Shown: positions 30,616 to 41,100 of the stretch, piece by piece
Numbering within the stretch: position 1 is the first letter of the stretch
Layout: the number at the start of each line of letters is the position of its first letter
Source: Bacteroidia bacterium
Lineage (GTDB): Bacteria; Bacteroidota; Bacteroidia; NS11-12g; UBA9320
Direction of reading: 5' to 3'
NCBI GenBank assembly: GCA_965216465.1
Contig: CBDCFW010000005.1
Span: 480,001 to 544,000 of the forward strand
DNA: 64,000 nt
Notes under the pieces: model-generated
What the model was told of the DNA's origin: nothing
The model's database searches: none
Seen by the model: only the letters and a program-made list of their open reading frames with translations
Translations under genes and position numbers: made by a program

Positions 30616-31568
30616 CTTTTAACCAAAGTTGAATATGCAATATAAACGGTTCCTAACAAACCAGGCAAAATCAAATTTATAAGCCATAGCGATGTAACTG
30701 CCATTAATAGCGAATCATTGTATAGCCAGTCTCCAAATAGCACTTGGCAAACGGCCATTCTTATCCCTAAATCAGAAACTGCGGGTATAGGAACCAATGT
30801 TTGCATCAGGTAAGCTACTGGAACTAGAATCATGGCTTCGATGGGCAGTCCCATATCTCTAAAGATATAGAGCAAGAGAAAGAATTGAAGCGAAAATATC
30901 ACATAGCGAATACCCGACGCCGCGGTTACTCGTATAAACAGCTGTTTATCGTACGACTTAATTATGCCAACGGTTCTAAGGTACTTTTTAGGCAATCGTT
31001 TCAGGACGTAATTGATTATTCTTTTTGCATTGAATAGAAAAACCAACAAACCTCCTAAAATGAGTATCGCCAGCGTGATATCTCGAGATGGGTCTACATA
31101 ATCAATTTCATTATTGAATCCGAGATACGCAATTAAAGCTAGTAAGCCAATAGCATAGGTATAGAGTACCTGAGTAAAATTACCTGTAATTGTGGCTATG
31201 GTAACCTTAACAGGATGTATTCCCTTCAAAAGCAGGCTCCTTCCAATATACTCGCCTGTTCTTGCGGGAGTAAAATTGCTGATAGCCATGCCCCCAAGCG
31301 TTACAAAAAATGCTCGAGCCTGACTCAACTTGATTTCGGAGCGTATAAGATGCTTAAGTTTATATGCTTCTGCATTCCAGTTTAACAGAGCAAGAAGAAG
31401 AACAACTCCAAGCAGCCAGTAATCATCTATAAGTTTCTCAAATAAATTTAGAAACAATGAAGATTCAATTTTTTGGTATTGGTCAACAAAGAACCAAATT
31501 GAAGCTATGCTTATTGCCCACTTGAGAATCGGATAAAGTAGTTTGTATGATTGAGATGTTCTGCTCAA
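30612..31568 (-). CDS. Lysylphosphatidylglycerol-synthase TM / flippase-like membrane protein
   Basis: Multi-TM; TPARTGEYIGR motif. Confidence 0.8.
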   Translation of the reverse strand: MSRTSQSYKLLYPILKWAISIASIWFFVDQYQKIESSLFLNLFEKLIDDYWLLGVVLLLALLNWNAEAYKLKHLIRSEIKLSQARAFFVTLGGMAISNFTPARTGEYIGRSLLLKGIHPVKVTIATITGNFTQVLYTYAIGLLALIAYLGFNNEIDYVDPSRDITLAILILGGLLVFLFNAKRIINYVLKRLPKKYLRTVGIIKSYDKQLFIRVTAASGIRYVIFSLQFFLLLYIFRDMGLPIEAMILVPVAYLMQTLVPIPAVSDLGIRMAVCQVLFGDWLYNDSLLMAVTSLWLINLILPGLLGTVYIAYSTLVKR

Positions 31569-31619
31569 GTTAAAGAATGTGGATTAAGGTTTGATTTGGT
31601 TGTCTAACTTCGTATTTCA

Positions 31620-32189
31620 GTGGCGAAAGATAACACTTACCAAAAGATAATAATGGGTATTGACCCGGGAACAAACATCTCCGGTTATGGAGTCATTGGA
31701 ATTCGTCAAAATGAGCTCCATTTAATAAGTATGGGAATTTTTGATTTGCGTAAAGAAGCTAATCATGCCATGAAGCTGCAATCGATCTTTAATCAATGCT
31801 CAAAACTGATTGACACCTACCTACCCGATGAGTTTGCCATAGAGGCCCCATTTTTTGGCAAGAATCCACAAAGTATGCTCAAGTTGGGTCGAGCCCAAGG
31901 TGTAAGTATGGCCGCAGCATTAAACAAGCAGATTCCAATTTTTGAATATGCTCCAAAACGGGTTAAACAAAGTGTAACAGGCAATGGAAATGCAAGTAAA
32001 GATCAAGTAGCTGGAATGGTTCAGGCTCTTTTACGCCTAGAAAGCAATCATTCTAAGCACGACGCAACAGATGCAGTAGCCATTGCAATCTGTCATCACT
32101 TTATGCATAAACCGGGCATGTCTGCATCTTCAGAAAGTTATGGAAGTTGGAAAAGCTTCATCAGCAAAAATCCAAACAGAGTAAAATAA
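31620..32189 (+). CDS. ruvC: Holliday junction resolvase RuvC
   Basis: IMGIDPG, AIEAPF, LGRAQG, GNGNASKDQV, DATDAVAIA. Confidence 0.97.
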   Translation: MAKDNTYQKIIMGIDPGTNISGYGVIGIRQNELHLISMGIFDLRKEANHAMKLQSIFNQCSKLIDTYLPDEFAIEAPFFGKNPQSMLKLGRAQGVSMAAALNKQIPIFEYAPKRVKQSVTGNGNASKDQVAGMVQALLRLESNHSKHDATDAVAIAICHHFMHKPGMSASSESYGSWKSFISKNPNRVK

Positions 32190-32221
32190 GAGGGGTCTAA
32201 TAAACCGTCAACTAAACCGGA

Positions 32222-32611
32222 TTAAATATTGCTTCGAATCGAAGCTGCAATTTCTTGCATCTCTTTATCACTAAACTTTAGTTTAGGATTTGCAAAATTC
32301 ACGTCTCCTACCTGGTCAATTGGAATAAGATGAATGTGAGTGTGAGGAACTTCTAATCCAATAACGGCCACCCCAATGCGCTGACATTCGATGGCTTTCT
32401 CCATAGCCTTTGCAACCTTCTTAGCAAAAAGATTTAAACCTGTAAGTGTATCATCATCTAAATCGTAGATGTAATCTACTGGTTTTTTGGGGATCACTAG
32501 TGTATGTCCTCGCTTAAGCGGAAAAACATCAAGAAACGCTAAATAATTGTCGTCTTCAGCAATTTTATATGAAGGAATTTCTCCTGCGATGATTTTCTCG
32601 AAGATGGTCAT
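32222..32611 (-). CDS. HIT-family nucleotide hydrolase
   Basis: TIFEKII, GHTLVIPK, VPHTHIHLIP. Confidence 0.95.
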   Translation of the reverse strand: MTIFEKIIAGEIPSYKIAEDDNYLAFLDVFPLKRGHTLVIPKKPVDYIYDLDDDTLTGLNLFAKKVAKAMEKAIECQRIGVAVIGLEVPHTHIHLIPIDQVGDVNFANPKLKFSDKEMQEIAASIRSNI

Positions 32612-33081
32612 TAGATGCCTATTTCTAAGATTTCAAATTCTATTGATCCAGCAGGGATTTCAATCGTTGCAACTTCGCCAATTTTCTTACCCATTAGTCC
32701 TTTTCCAATAGGTGAAAGTGCAGAGATTTTTCCCAACTTGATATTCGCTTCCGATTCAGCAACAATCGTGTAAGTTACTTCTTTATTGAATTTCTTGTTT
32801 AGCAGTTTAACCTTGCTTAAGATATTCACCTTGCTTAAGTCTAGTTCTTTTGGATCAAGTACTCTAGAATTAGCAAGTGTATTCTTCATTTTTGAGATTT
32901 TGAGCTCAAGTAATCCTTGTGCTTCTTTTGCAGCATCGTACTCGGCATTCTCAGATAAATCTCCTTTATCTCTAGCCTCGGCAATTTGAGCACTTATCTT
33001 CTTTCTCTCTACTTTTTCAAGTCTTGCTATCTCTTCTTTAAGGGAGTCAAATCCTTCTTGAGTTACATAATTTACTGACAT
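32611..33081 (-). CDS. greA: Transcription elongation factor GreA
   Basis: GDLSENAEYDAAK, ISALSPIGKGL. Confidence 0.97.
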   Translation of the reverse strand: MSVNYVTQEGFDSLKEEIARLEKVERKKISAQIAEARDKGDLSENAEYDAAKEAQGLLELKISKMKNTLANSRVLDPKELDLSKVNILSKVKLLNKKFNKEVTYTIVAESEANIKLGKISALSPIGKGLMGKKIGEVATIEIPAGSIEFEILEIGI

Positions 33082-33096
33082 AATGATATCGGTTTT

Positions 33097-33135
33097 AAAA
33101 CAACAATGTTGTATTCTAAAAAGAATACAACATTG
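33097..33135 (-). terminator. 14-bp perfect hairpin with U-rich tail between the PorV-family gene and greA
   Basis: CAATGTTGTATTCT-AAAA-AGAATACAACATTG (33104-33135), followed by TTGTTTT on the minus strand. Confidence 0.75.
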
Positions 33136-33157
33136 CTACAAAGATATGTTTTGAAAA

Positions 33158-34237
33158 TTATTCTCCTACATTCAGTCTAACTCCGAAAGAGTGAGAACCT
33201 CCAAATGGGTTTGAATGTCTGAATGAATAATCTAGTCCAAAAGTTGTTTTTGAATCTTTCTTAACTGGAACTTCGAATGTGAAACCAGCAGTTGCTCCTG
33301 TGAATGCGTTTCTTCTGTCATCGTAGTTGAAAATTCCTTTCTCATATGCGTATCCAGCACGCAATTGGAACATGCTTTTGTATCCATATTCAAGACCAAC
33401 AGTCCACTGGTTGCTAGCAAATGCATTATTTGTAAATGTAGCAGCTGGCGTCAATCTGTGCCAGTATGTTTCATCGTTTTTATCAAGTCTAATGTCATAA
33501 GAAGCACCGATATTCATCAAAGTAGGTAAGTTGAACTTCGCAGCTCTTTGGTTTACGGTGTAATCTACATTAGTAATAGGATCTTGTAATTTATATGAAA
33601 GACCGTCACCAGCGTATTTAGCATCCGGACCGATGTTCTTTAATGAGATTCCAAACTTTACATCATTCTCTTTATGCTTATCATCTTTTCTAAAAGTCGT
33701 GATGTACTGAATTCCTGCATCGATAGCAACGCCTTGTGCTTTAACGTTGGTAATAGACTCAGAAAACACTTTTACTCCAATTCCACCACTAATAGATTCT
33801 GTAAATCTCTTTGAATAAGCTGCAGAAATGTTAGTGAAACGTGGTTTGTATGTTCCAATTCCTCCATCAGGTTGTTCAATTGTTGTAATAGGAATATCGC
33901 CGATGTCGTAACTCATGATTCCAACACCCAATACTCCATTACCACCTAGGTTTTGAGAGAAGCCAAAAGTGTTAATGTTGATATCACTTCCCATAAGCCA
34001 TGCGGTTCTAGAGAAGATAATCTCAGTTTGGTCGGTATAAGCCAATCCACCTATATTGTTGTAGATTGATTCCAATCCTGAAACAGAGCTTACTGCAGCC
34101 CAGCCCCATCCTGAGCTTCTTCCGAACCCATTGATGTTAAGTTGAGTTGCTCCTGCTTGACCGATTCTATCAGGGTTACCTGCGAACAAGCTCGGTGCTG
34201 CTGATAAAATTGCGATTAATATTATTAATTTTCTCAT
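33158..34237 (-). CDS. PorV/PorQ-family outer-membrane beta-barrel protein
   Basis: Signal peptide MRKLII...LFA; GQAGATQLNINGFGRSSG...ESIYNNIGGLA N-terminal motif; amphipathic strands; LRAGY. Confidence 0.78.
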   Translation of the reverse strand: MRKLIILIAILSAAPSLFAGNPDRIGQAGATQLNINGFGRSSGWGWAAVSSVSGLESIYNNIGGLAYTDQTEIIFSRTAWLMGSDININTFGFSQNLGGNGVLGVGIMSYDIGDIPITTIEQPDGGIGTYKPRFTNISAAYSKRFTESISGGIGVKVFSESITNVKAQGVAIDAGIQYITTFRKDDKHKENDVKFGISLKNIGPDAKYAGDGLSYKLQDPITNVDYTVNQRAAKFNLPTLMNIGASYDIRLDKNDETYWHRLTPAATFTNNAFASNQWTVGLEYGYKSMFQLRAGYAYEKGIFNYDDRRNAFTGATAGFTFEVPVKKDSKTTFGLDYSFRHSNPFGGSHSFGVRLNVGE

Positions 34238-34268
34238 TGGTTTTTTTCTATTCATTAAAGGTTCAACA

Positions 34269-37200
34269 CTAGAAAGAATCAAGATCTAACTCTCTCATTA
34301 CTCCCATCCATTTTAATACTTTCTCTCCAAGTTCACCTGCGTCGACGTGAATGATGTACAATCCACTTGCGATTGGCACAGCTGCACTGTTTTTTAAGTT
34401 CCACTTAGCCTCGGTTAACTCATCATCTTTCTTAATTCTTCTTACCAGTTGTCCATCTAAGGTGTAAATAGATATATCACACTTCTCAGGTAGGTTAGTG
34501 AATTTAATTTGGTTATCAAGCGGGCTACTTTCGTAACCAGGAGCTCCAGCAAATGCGTAGTAAGGGTTAGGAACTACGTTGATTAACTCCATTGCATCTT
34601 TACCATTCTCCTCACTAATTTCATTATAGATATCTTCAGTGCTGAACTTGTACTTTGGATTTCCATCGTTTACATCTGGAATTCTTTCATTGTACTGGTA
34701 TGGTTTTTCAACTCTTAACTTCATTCTGAAATCTGTCGGAGGCAATGGAATACCATCAGCACCTTCAACCATTTCATGGCCAGCAACTGTGTAACTTGGA
34801 ATTACCCAATCACAGTTTTGGAAGATTGCAGTAAGAGCAGCATCTTTTTGAGCTTGGCTGTTTGCATTTACCAATTCTGTCCAGTATTGATTTCCTGCAT
34901 CGTACGTGTTCATTTTAGGGTGGTACGTAGCAGCAACACCTTCATGCGATCCCATAATGTAGATATAGTGTCTTCCACCAAGTCTTGGATAGCTTCCTTT
35001 CCATGATACATCGGATGTTGGGTTCCACTTCATATCTCTACCGTTTTCTTCTCTTAAATAAGAATCTTCCGTTACGATAATATTCAATCTCTCACCTGTT
35101 TCAAGGTTGATAGCATATCCTGGGAAGATTGTCTTACCAACAGCAAGTGTTCCACCTGACCAAGTAAGTTGTCCTTGTCTTAAGTCAAACTTCTGAACAC
35201 CACCTTCTGTAAGTCCTGGATCTTCACCCGATTCTAGCATCACACACTCACTCCATTTAGATTTGTCGCTCGTAATTACTAAGTCAACGCTAGACAATTT
35301 GTCTAATCCCATAGTATTAATAAATCTATATCCGTATCCAATTCCTTGAACTAAGGTTGAAGGACGATCTGGAGTAGGATTTGCAGGAGGATTAAACGAC
35401 GCCAATCTAAATGGTGCCACTCTTCCATCCCAAATTTTCTCATATACTCCATTAGGGTCTAACGACTCTCCAGCTCTTGCATAATCATGCCAGCTTGGAT
35501 CTCCATATGCAGGACTTTCGATTCTACCTTGAGTTCCTGAACGAATCCAATCGAACATACCAAACATTCTTGCTTGCGTTGCGTCATTGTCTCTAATCGC
35601 TGTTAACCATTCAAGACTTGGATCTTCAAATTCAACTTCCCAGCCAACAAGCCCGTTAGAAGTTTGAACATCTTCACCAGGGTGTGTTACTTGAGATAAA
35701 GTAACTGCTAGTCCCCAATCAAATATTTTGTCTCCAGTTGTAGACTCAAGAATAATTTGCTCATTCTCGTATGCTAAAGTCGTATCAGCATAAACTGTAT
35801 CATTTGGAAGCTTAACTAAAATCCACTTAGTGTTCTCAGCTCTAACTCCATCTTCGTCTCTTGAAACGCTGTTCTCCAACATGGTTAATTCAAACTCACC
35901 ATTTGGAACTTTAAGCGGATCGATTACTGTTACTTTTACCGGACCATGTGCATTTTCATACACTGGGTTCTTAGAATAGTTATTTGCAACAATCTCTTCT
36001 TCTGTTTCTGGTTTAACATTTAAGAAGTTACCACCGTTTCCGAGTCCAGACAGTCGAACCAATTCAGGTCCGTCACCGTAGAACGATTGAGCATTAGATC
36101 CGCTAAATCGAGGCTCAGTTTTTCTTGGAGATGCTGAGAATTCAACAACTTTTCTTCCTTCTAAGTAAGGAGTATTTTCACTTAATCCTGCAGCATAAGA
36201 CAACACGATGTAGTAGTAAGTTTTGAAGTTAACCAAAGACTTATTAGAACCTGTTGCGAACTCATCTTCTGTAATGCTTACAGAGTGTGAAAGGCCTTCG
36301 TTTTCTCCTCTAATTTTAAGCACCGGAATATTTGCACTTACATCAGCAGAAAATTCTTGGTTAGTCAACACATCATAATCATCTTCTAAATCACATTGGA
36401 ATACCTCTCTAGCCTTAGAAACATCATCTAAATCAGATAAACTTACAGAACCATCTTTTAATTGGAATACTCTGTATCCTTGGAAACTATAGTATTCTTC
36501 TTCGTTAAGACCGTTCAATACAGTGTCTTTATAATTCTCAACTCTTTTAGAGTTTGTATTTCCTAAAGAAAGAACCAATTGCTGATCCAATTCTTGTACT
36601 TCTACTTCTGGAGCATCAGGACCATCGATAAGGTCAAAACAAGAGTTAAATAATGCTTGAGCTTTTTTACTTGCTTCTTTTAATAAGTTTAATGACCCTT
36701 CTGCACCACCAAATGATGATCTAGCCCATACAACACCAACTGTTAATCGTTGAACAGAACCTGCTTCTAGTTCGAAAGGACCTGAAGATTGAATAAATCT
36801 TCTATCCGCTGGTGTATTTCTGTTTCCTCTCCAGTCGCCTTCACTCCAGAATTCACTGTGAGTAGGATCTGAATCGAATGGGAACATCCATTGAGCGATA
36901 GTTCCATCGGTATTTGTTACACCGTCTCCACCGTATTCCATATCAGCACCATTCTTCCACTTACCTCTTAAGTAATTGTAGTAGTTTGCTGCTTGACCAA
37001 TTGGACTACCGTTAATTGGGTTATTGTTATTGTTATAATATACAAAACGAGACATTCCTAACTCTTCAATCTCACCTTGATCGTTTACAACAGTTGGTCC
37101 TTCGAAGAAGTCAACACCTACTGAAGGAGGATTAAGACCGTATCCTAAAACACCTTCATCATTGTCGTCACCATTGTAACAGAATCCTAATGACAATTCT

Positions 37201-38135
37201 ACATCGCAACCAACATAGTCATCGGCATAGTTACCCAAATCGGCATCTACCCATTGACCAAAGTATGTATTTTCAAGTTTATTAAATCCACGGTTAATAA
37301 TTCGCGTGGTATAGAATGTCATATCATTAATCTCATCGTTTGTTGCAAAAGCAAAAGCAGTTGTTTGCAACTCAACTCCAATTGGGTCTCCTTGAGATTC
37401 TGAGTGAATATTACCCTTATCGTTGTAAACCCACCATAGCATTTGGTCTGGCTGATCTGAAGCTTCGTTTTCAAGCTCTACTCCATTACAATCATTTTTC
37501 AATACTGGGTAATCACCTTTAGTCGGATCATAATAACCGTCTTGATCTGCATCGTAGAAAGGAGCAAGACTTATTTGGTCACCAGGTCTTCTTCCTGGCC
37601 ATTCGTCGATTTCAATAGCTGGATTTAAAACCGCTCCATTTGCATCGAATTCCTCAGAGTGTGCAATAATTTGACTTCCTTCTACCTTCCAGATCTTATC
37701 ATACTCGTTACAAACTGTAGAGTTTGTATTACTCGTATTAGGATCTAGTGGACCTGGCCAAAAGTCTGAACCTCTTTGACGGTAGGTCATTGCTGCAAGT
37801 CTTAGGTTTCCACTGATGTCTTCACCACCGATCCAGATCGCACCAGCAAATACACTGTGCTTTCTAACCGAGTTAAGGTCATCAATTTTAGGAACCTCAT
37901 AACGAGCAGAACTTAAGTCCCACCACATATCTCCACCGTTAAGAATCTTAGTTCTTACGTTATTTACATCTAAGTCTGCACTCTGTGTAGCAGGGTCACA
38001 ATCCGAACCGAATTTCATTTTCAGTACTTCCTGCTTAGATGTATTGTTGGTTGATCCAACATATTCTTTTGCAGATACACTTACCGCAGTTAATGCAGCA
38101 GTTATAACTAATGATATTCTAAATATTTTCTTCAT
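34269..38135 (-). CDS. Large acidic protein with T9SS type A C-terminal sorting domain
   Basis: Signal peptide; C-terminal INVVPNPYY...ISIYTLDGQLVR...WNLKN...IASGLYIIHV...K; DxDxDG motif. Confidence 0.85.
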   Translation of the reverse strand: MKKIFRISLVITAALTAVSVSAKEYVGSTNNTSKQEVLKMKFGSDCDPATQSADLDVNNVRTKILNGGDMWWDLSSARYEVPKIDDLNSVRKHSVFAGAIWIGGEDISGNLRLAAMTYRQRGSDFWPGPLDPNTSNTNSTVCNEYDKIWKVEGSQIIAHSEEFDANGAVLNPAIEIDEWPGRRPGDQISLAPFYDADQDGYYDPTKGDYPVLKNDCNGVELENEASDQPDQMLWWVYNDKGNIHSESQGDPIGVELQTTAFAFATNDEINDMTFYTTRIINRGFNKLENTYFGQWVDADLGNYADDYVGCDVELSLGFCYNGDDNDEGVLGYGLNPPSVGVDFFEGPTVVNDQGEIEELGMSRFVYYNNNNNPINGSPIGQAANYYNYLRGKWKNGADMEYGGDGVTNTDGTIAQWMFPFDSDPTHSEFWSEGDWRGNRNTPADRRFIQSSGPFELEAGSVQRLTVGVVWARSSFGGAEGSLNLLKEASKKAQALFNSCFDLIDGPDAPEVEVQELDQQLVLSLGNTNSKRVENYKDTVLNGLNEEEYYSFQGYRVFQLKDGSVSLSDLDDVSKAREVFQCDLEDDYDVLTNQEFSADVSANIPVLKIRGENEGLSHSVSITEDEFATGSNKSLVNFKTYYYIVLSYAAGLSENTPYLEGRKVVEFSASPRKTEPRFSGSNAQSFYGDGPELVRLSGLGNGGNFLNVKPETEEEIVANNYSKNPVYENAHGPVKVTVIDPLKVPNGEFELTMLENSVSRDEDGVRAENTKWILVKLPNDTVYADTTLAYENEQIILESTTGDKIFDWGLAVTLSQVTHPGEDVQTSNGLVGWEVEFEDPSLEWLTAIRDNDATQARMFGMFDWIRSGTQGRIESPAYGDPSWHDYARAGESLDPNGVYEKIWDGRVAPFRLASFNPPANPTPDRPSTLVQGIGYGYRFINTMGLDKLSSVDLVITSDKSKWSECVMLESGEDPGLTEGGVQKFDLRQGQLTWSGGTLAVGKTIFPGYAINLETGERLNIIVTEDSYLREENGRDMKWNPTSDVSWKGSYPRLGGRHYIYIMGSHEGVAATYHPKMNTYDAGNQYWTELVNANSQAQKDAALTAIFQNCDWVIPSYTVAGHEMVEGADGIPLPPTDFRMKLRVEKPYQYNERIPDVNDGNPKYKFSTEDIYNEISEENGKDAMELINVVPNPYYAFAGAPGYESSPLDNQIKFTNLPEKCDISIYTLDGQLVRRIKKDDELTEAKWNLKNSAAVPIASGLYIIHVDAGELGEKVLKWMGVMRELDLDSF

Positions 38136-38157
38136 TTTTCTTTGCTTTAACTTAATC

Positions 38158-41100
38158 CTAGAAATAAACTCTTACTCCTAATCTATTTAATCTAGGGGCC
38201 ATGTAATTATATGGGTTATCAACCTTAGCATTGTACAAGTCAATGTATGATTGCGTGTTCAACTCGTTTTGAGAAAGCTGAATACCTTCTGGTGAACTTA
38301 ACCATCCATCATCGTTTGGAAGTCCAGTGTAACCGTAAACTCCTCTAATGATTCTTGAGTTAAACAAGTTTTGTACCCAAAGGAATACTTGTACTTCCAT
38401 ATCTGGACGTCTGTATTCGTCTTTAGTTTGTTTCTTCTTAACTGAGAAAGTTTTGTTGAAGGTTGCATCAACTTTAAACTGCCATGGTTTTCTTGATCCG
38501 TATGGGTTACCATCAAGAGACTGTCTTTGAGCACCACCTTGAACCGTTGCAATTGGGTTTAGGTAAGCAGTGTAAGGCTCTCCTGATTTAGTCGAAATAA
38601 TCATGTTAGCACCAGCATTTTCAAAGATTCGCTTGTTGAACCATATTGGTCCTGTGTAATCTTTTCCTCTTTTGAATCTGTAATCCAAACGAGTTGTGAT
38701 TTGGTGTCTTACATCATATTGAGTTGGGTAAAGTGATCTTAAGTTCGGTAAGTTAGCTTGAATCAACGCAGCTGATGAATTTGCATTTGATCCAGTACCA
38801 TCTGAGAATAGAAGTGCATAGTTAACGGCTAGTGACGTTCTACCTTGTCCTCTTAACTCATATTCTGCTCTGAAGTTTTTAACTGTTGAGAAGTCGATGT
38901 TACTGTAGCTGATATAACTGATTGGGTAAGCTTGGTTAACTCTAACCTGACCCCAATCATCTCTACTTTCTCTATACGAAGCGATTAAGCTTAATGCAGA
39001 GTTTCGAGATAATGTTTGCTTAAATCCTAACTCGTAGTTAGTAGTTACCCTTGGTTTCAAAGAAGCGTTAGAAAGGAAACCACTTTGGTTTGCTTCTAAG
39101 AAGTAGTATTGGTTAAACGGTGCAAAGATTCCTCCTCTTGGACGCTGAGCAAGTACATCGTAGTTAGCAAAGAACTGTGCTTCAGAGTTAATTGGGAAAG
39201 AGAACCATACACGTGGTAATACTAAAATTGTTGGGTCATAATCTTCAAATGCCTCATCAATCAATCGCTCGTTTGCATCAACCAAGTAAGGTTGAATTCT
39301 ACCGCTGTTTGTTTGCTGAGCTAAAAGGTCTGGGTTAGGTAACTCAATACCGTTTTCATCGTACCAAGTTGCTCCGTCTCTATATCCTAAGATTTTGTTA
39401 GGATTTTCGATGTCGTCAACATAAACTACATAATCGTCGCCAATAGTAGTTGGAACTTCGTAGTTAAGTAAAAGTTTGTCAGCATCTCTTTTTTGCTCTC
39501 CTGCTAATCCTGCAAGCTCACCTGCAGAGTAAGTTGGGAACAACGAGTAGTCATCTTTAAGAACTGGCTGGTTAGCGTCAAAACGCTCAACCCTAACACC
39601 AAGTCTGAAGATCAAATCTTTAAACTGGAATTTATCTTGGAACCAAACCGCATTATAAATAGGTGAGAAAGAACCAAGTCTTCTTCTTAAACTATCGTTC
39701 GTAAAGTCAGTTAAAGTTCTTGCCGCTCTATCTCTTTTTCCTAAGTAGGTATATCCAGAGTAAGCAACAAATGCGTTACCATTATTCCATAAGTCATCTG
39801 CACTGAACATATCCAATGAGAAATCAGATGGAGACAAACTGTTAATGTCGATGAAAGAAGTTTCGGTATAAAGGTCACCGTTAATGTCTGTTCTACCGTC
39901 AGCAATTAACTTCTCTCTTAGTTTTTGGTCAAAGTGAGTTTGCTGATCTTTATCAACTCTAATGTTGTAATTAATGGTATCGGTGAAAGTTCCAAACTCA
40001 TCGTAAGTGTGGATACCTCCAATTACATATCCGTTTTCAGTAACCGTAGCTAAGTTAGAGATATGGCTATTAGCAAGCTGTGGCATTAAGTTCCAAAGCT
40101 GGTTAGCACCAATTGCCCAACTACTGCTAAAGTTTTGCTCGTAGGTTAATCCAAACTGTAAGTCATGCGGATTTTCTAAGTTCAATGTCGCCTCCCCTTG
40201 TGCATATGCAGTAATTCTTTCCGATTGACTCTTAGAGTAGAAATATGCAACTGTTCCCGGGTTAGACCATAATGAATAAGTACCTGATGGGTTATCACCA
40301 TTCATCAATCCTAAACCGATTCTAATTTGATCTCTTGAGAATACATTTTGACCAGCAGCTTCTGCACTTTCGAAGAAGTTTCTGGTGTAGTTAGATCTTA
40401 GCTCGTTCAAACCACTTTCTTCGAAGTCGATTTGGTAAGTGAAGTCTCCAAGATAGTTAAAGTATCCTTGACGGCTCACTGTATCTCCGTTTTGGTCAAT
40501 GTGCCAAGTTGGAGTGTTTACATAAGAGTAGAAAGGTCTTCTATAAGAAGTAAATCTTCCTAAGTATCCATAATCAAAAATGTTTTGTTCGTGAGTTGGG
40601 TTTCTTCTTTCACCCCACTGACTTTGGTAATCAACCCTAACGTTATAGAATGCATCGGTAAACAACGATTTTTTAGCATCCTTGTCAGCAGGATCTTGGT
40701 TTCCTAAACGCTGAGTGAATTTAATATAAGTTCTTAAGGTTTGAGAAGTACTGATACTGTTCTCACCATAGTTCATTAAATTTTGGCTGTAGCTGAAGTT
40801 ATTTCCTTCACTAGCACTGTAACTTCCGAAGAAAGTAAGTGTAGAGTTTTTATTTGGTTGGAATTCTAATTTACCTTGGAAGTTTCCTACGTAGCTTGCA
40901 ACATTCTTTCTTGCACGCTCTAAAACAAGGTCATCTTTGGTTAACAACGAAGATCTTGCAATACTACCTGGACCGTTAGGATTCGCAACCAATGGATTTT
41001 CTTCAATTTCTCGAAGTACATCATCCTTAACGGTGTACATTCCACCATAAGCTGGACCTGCGTCAGCTGCATACCTCACGTTAGCAGCAACTTGATATCC

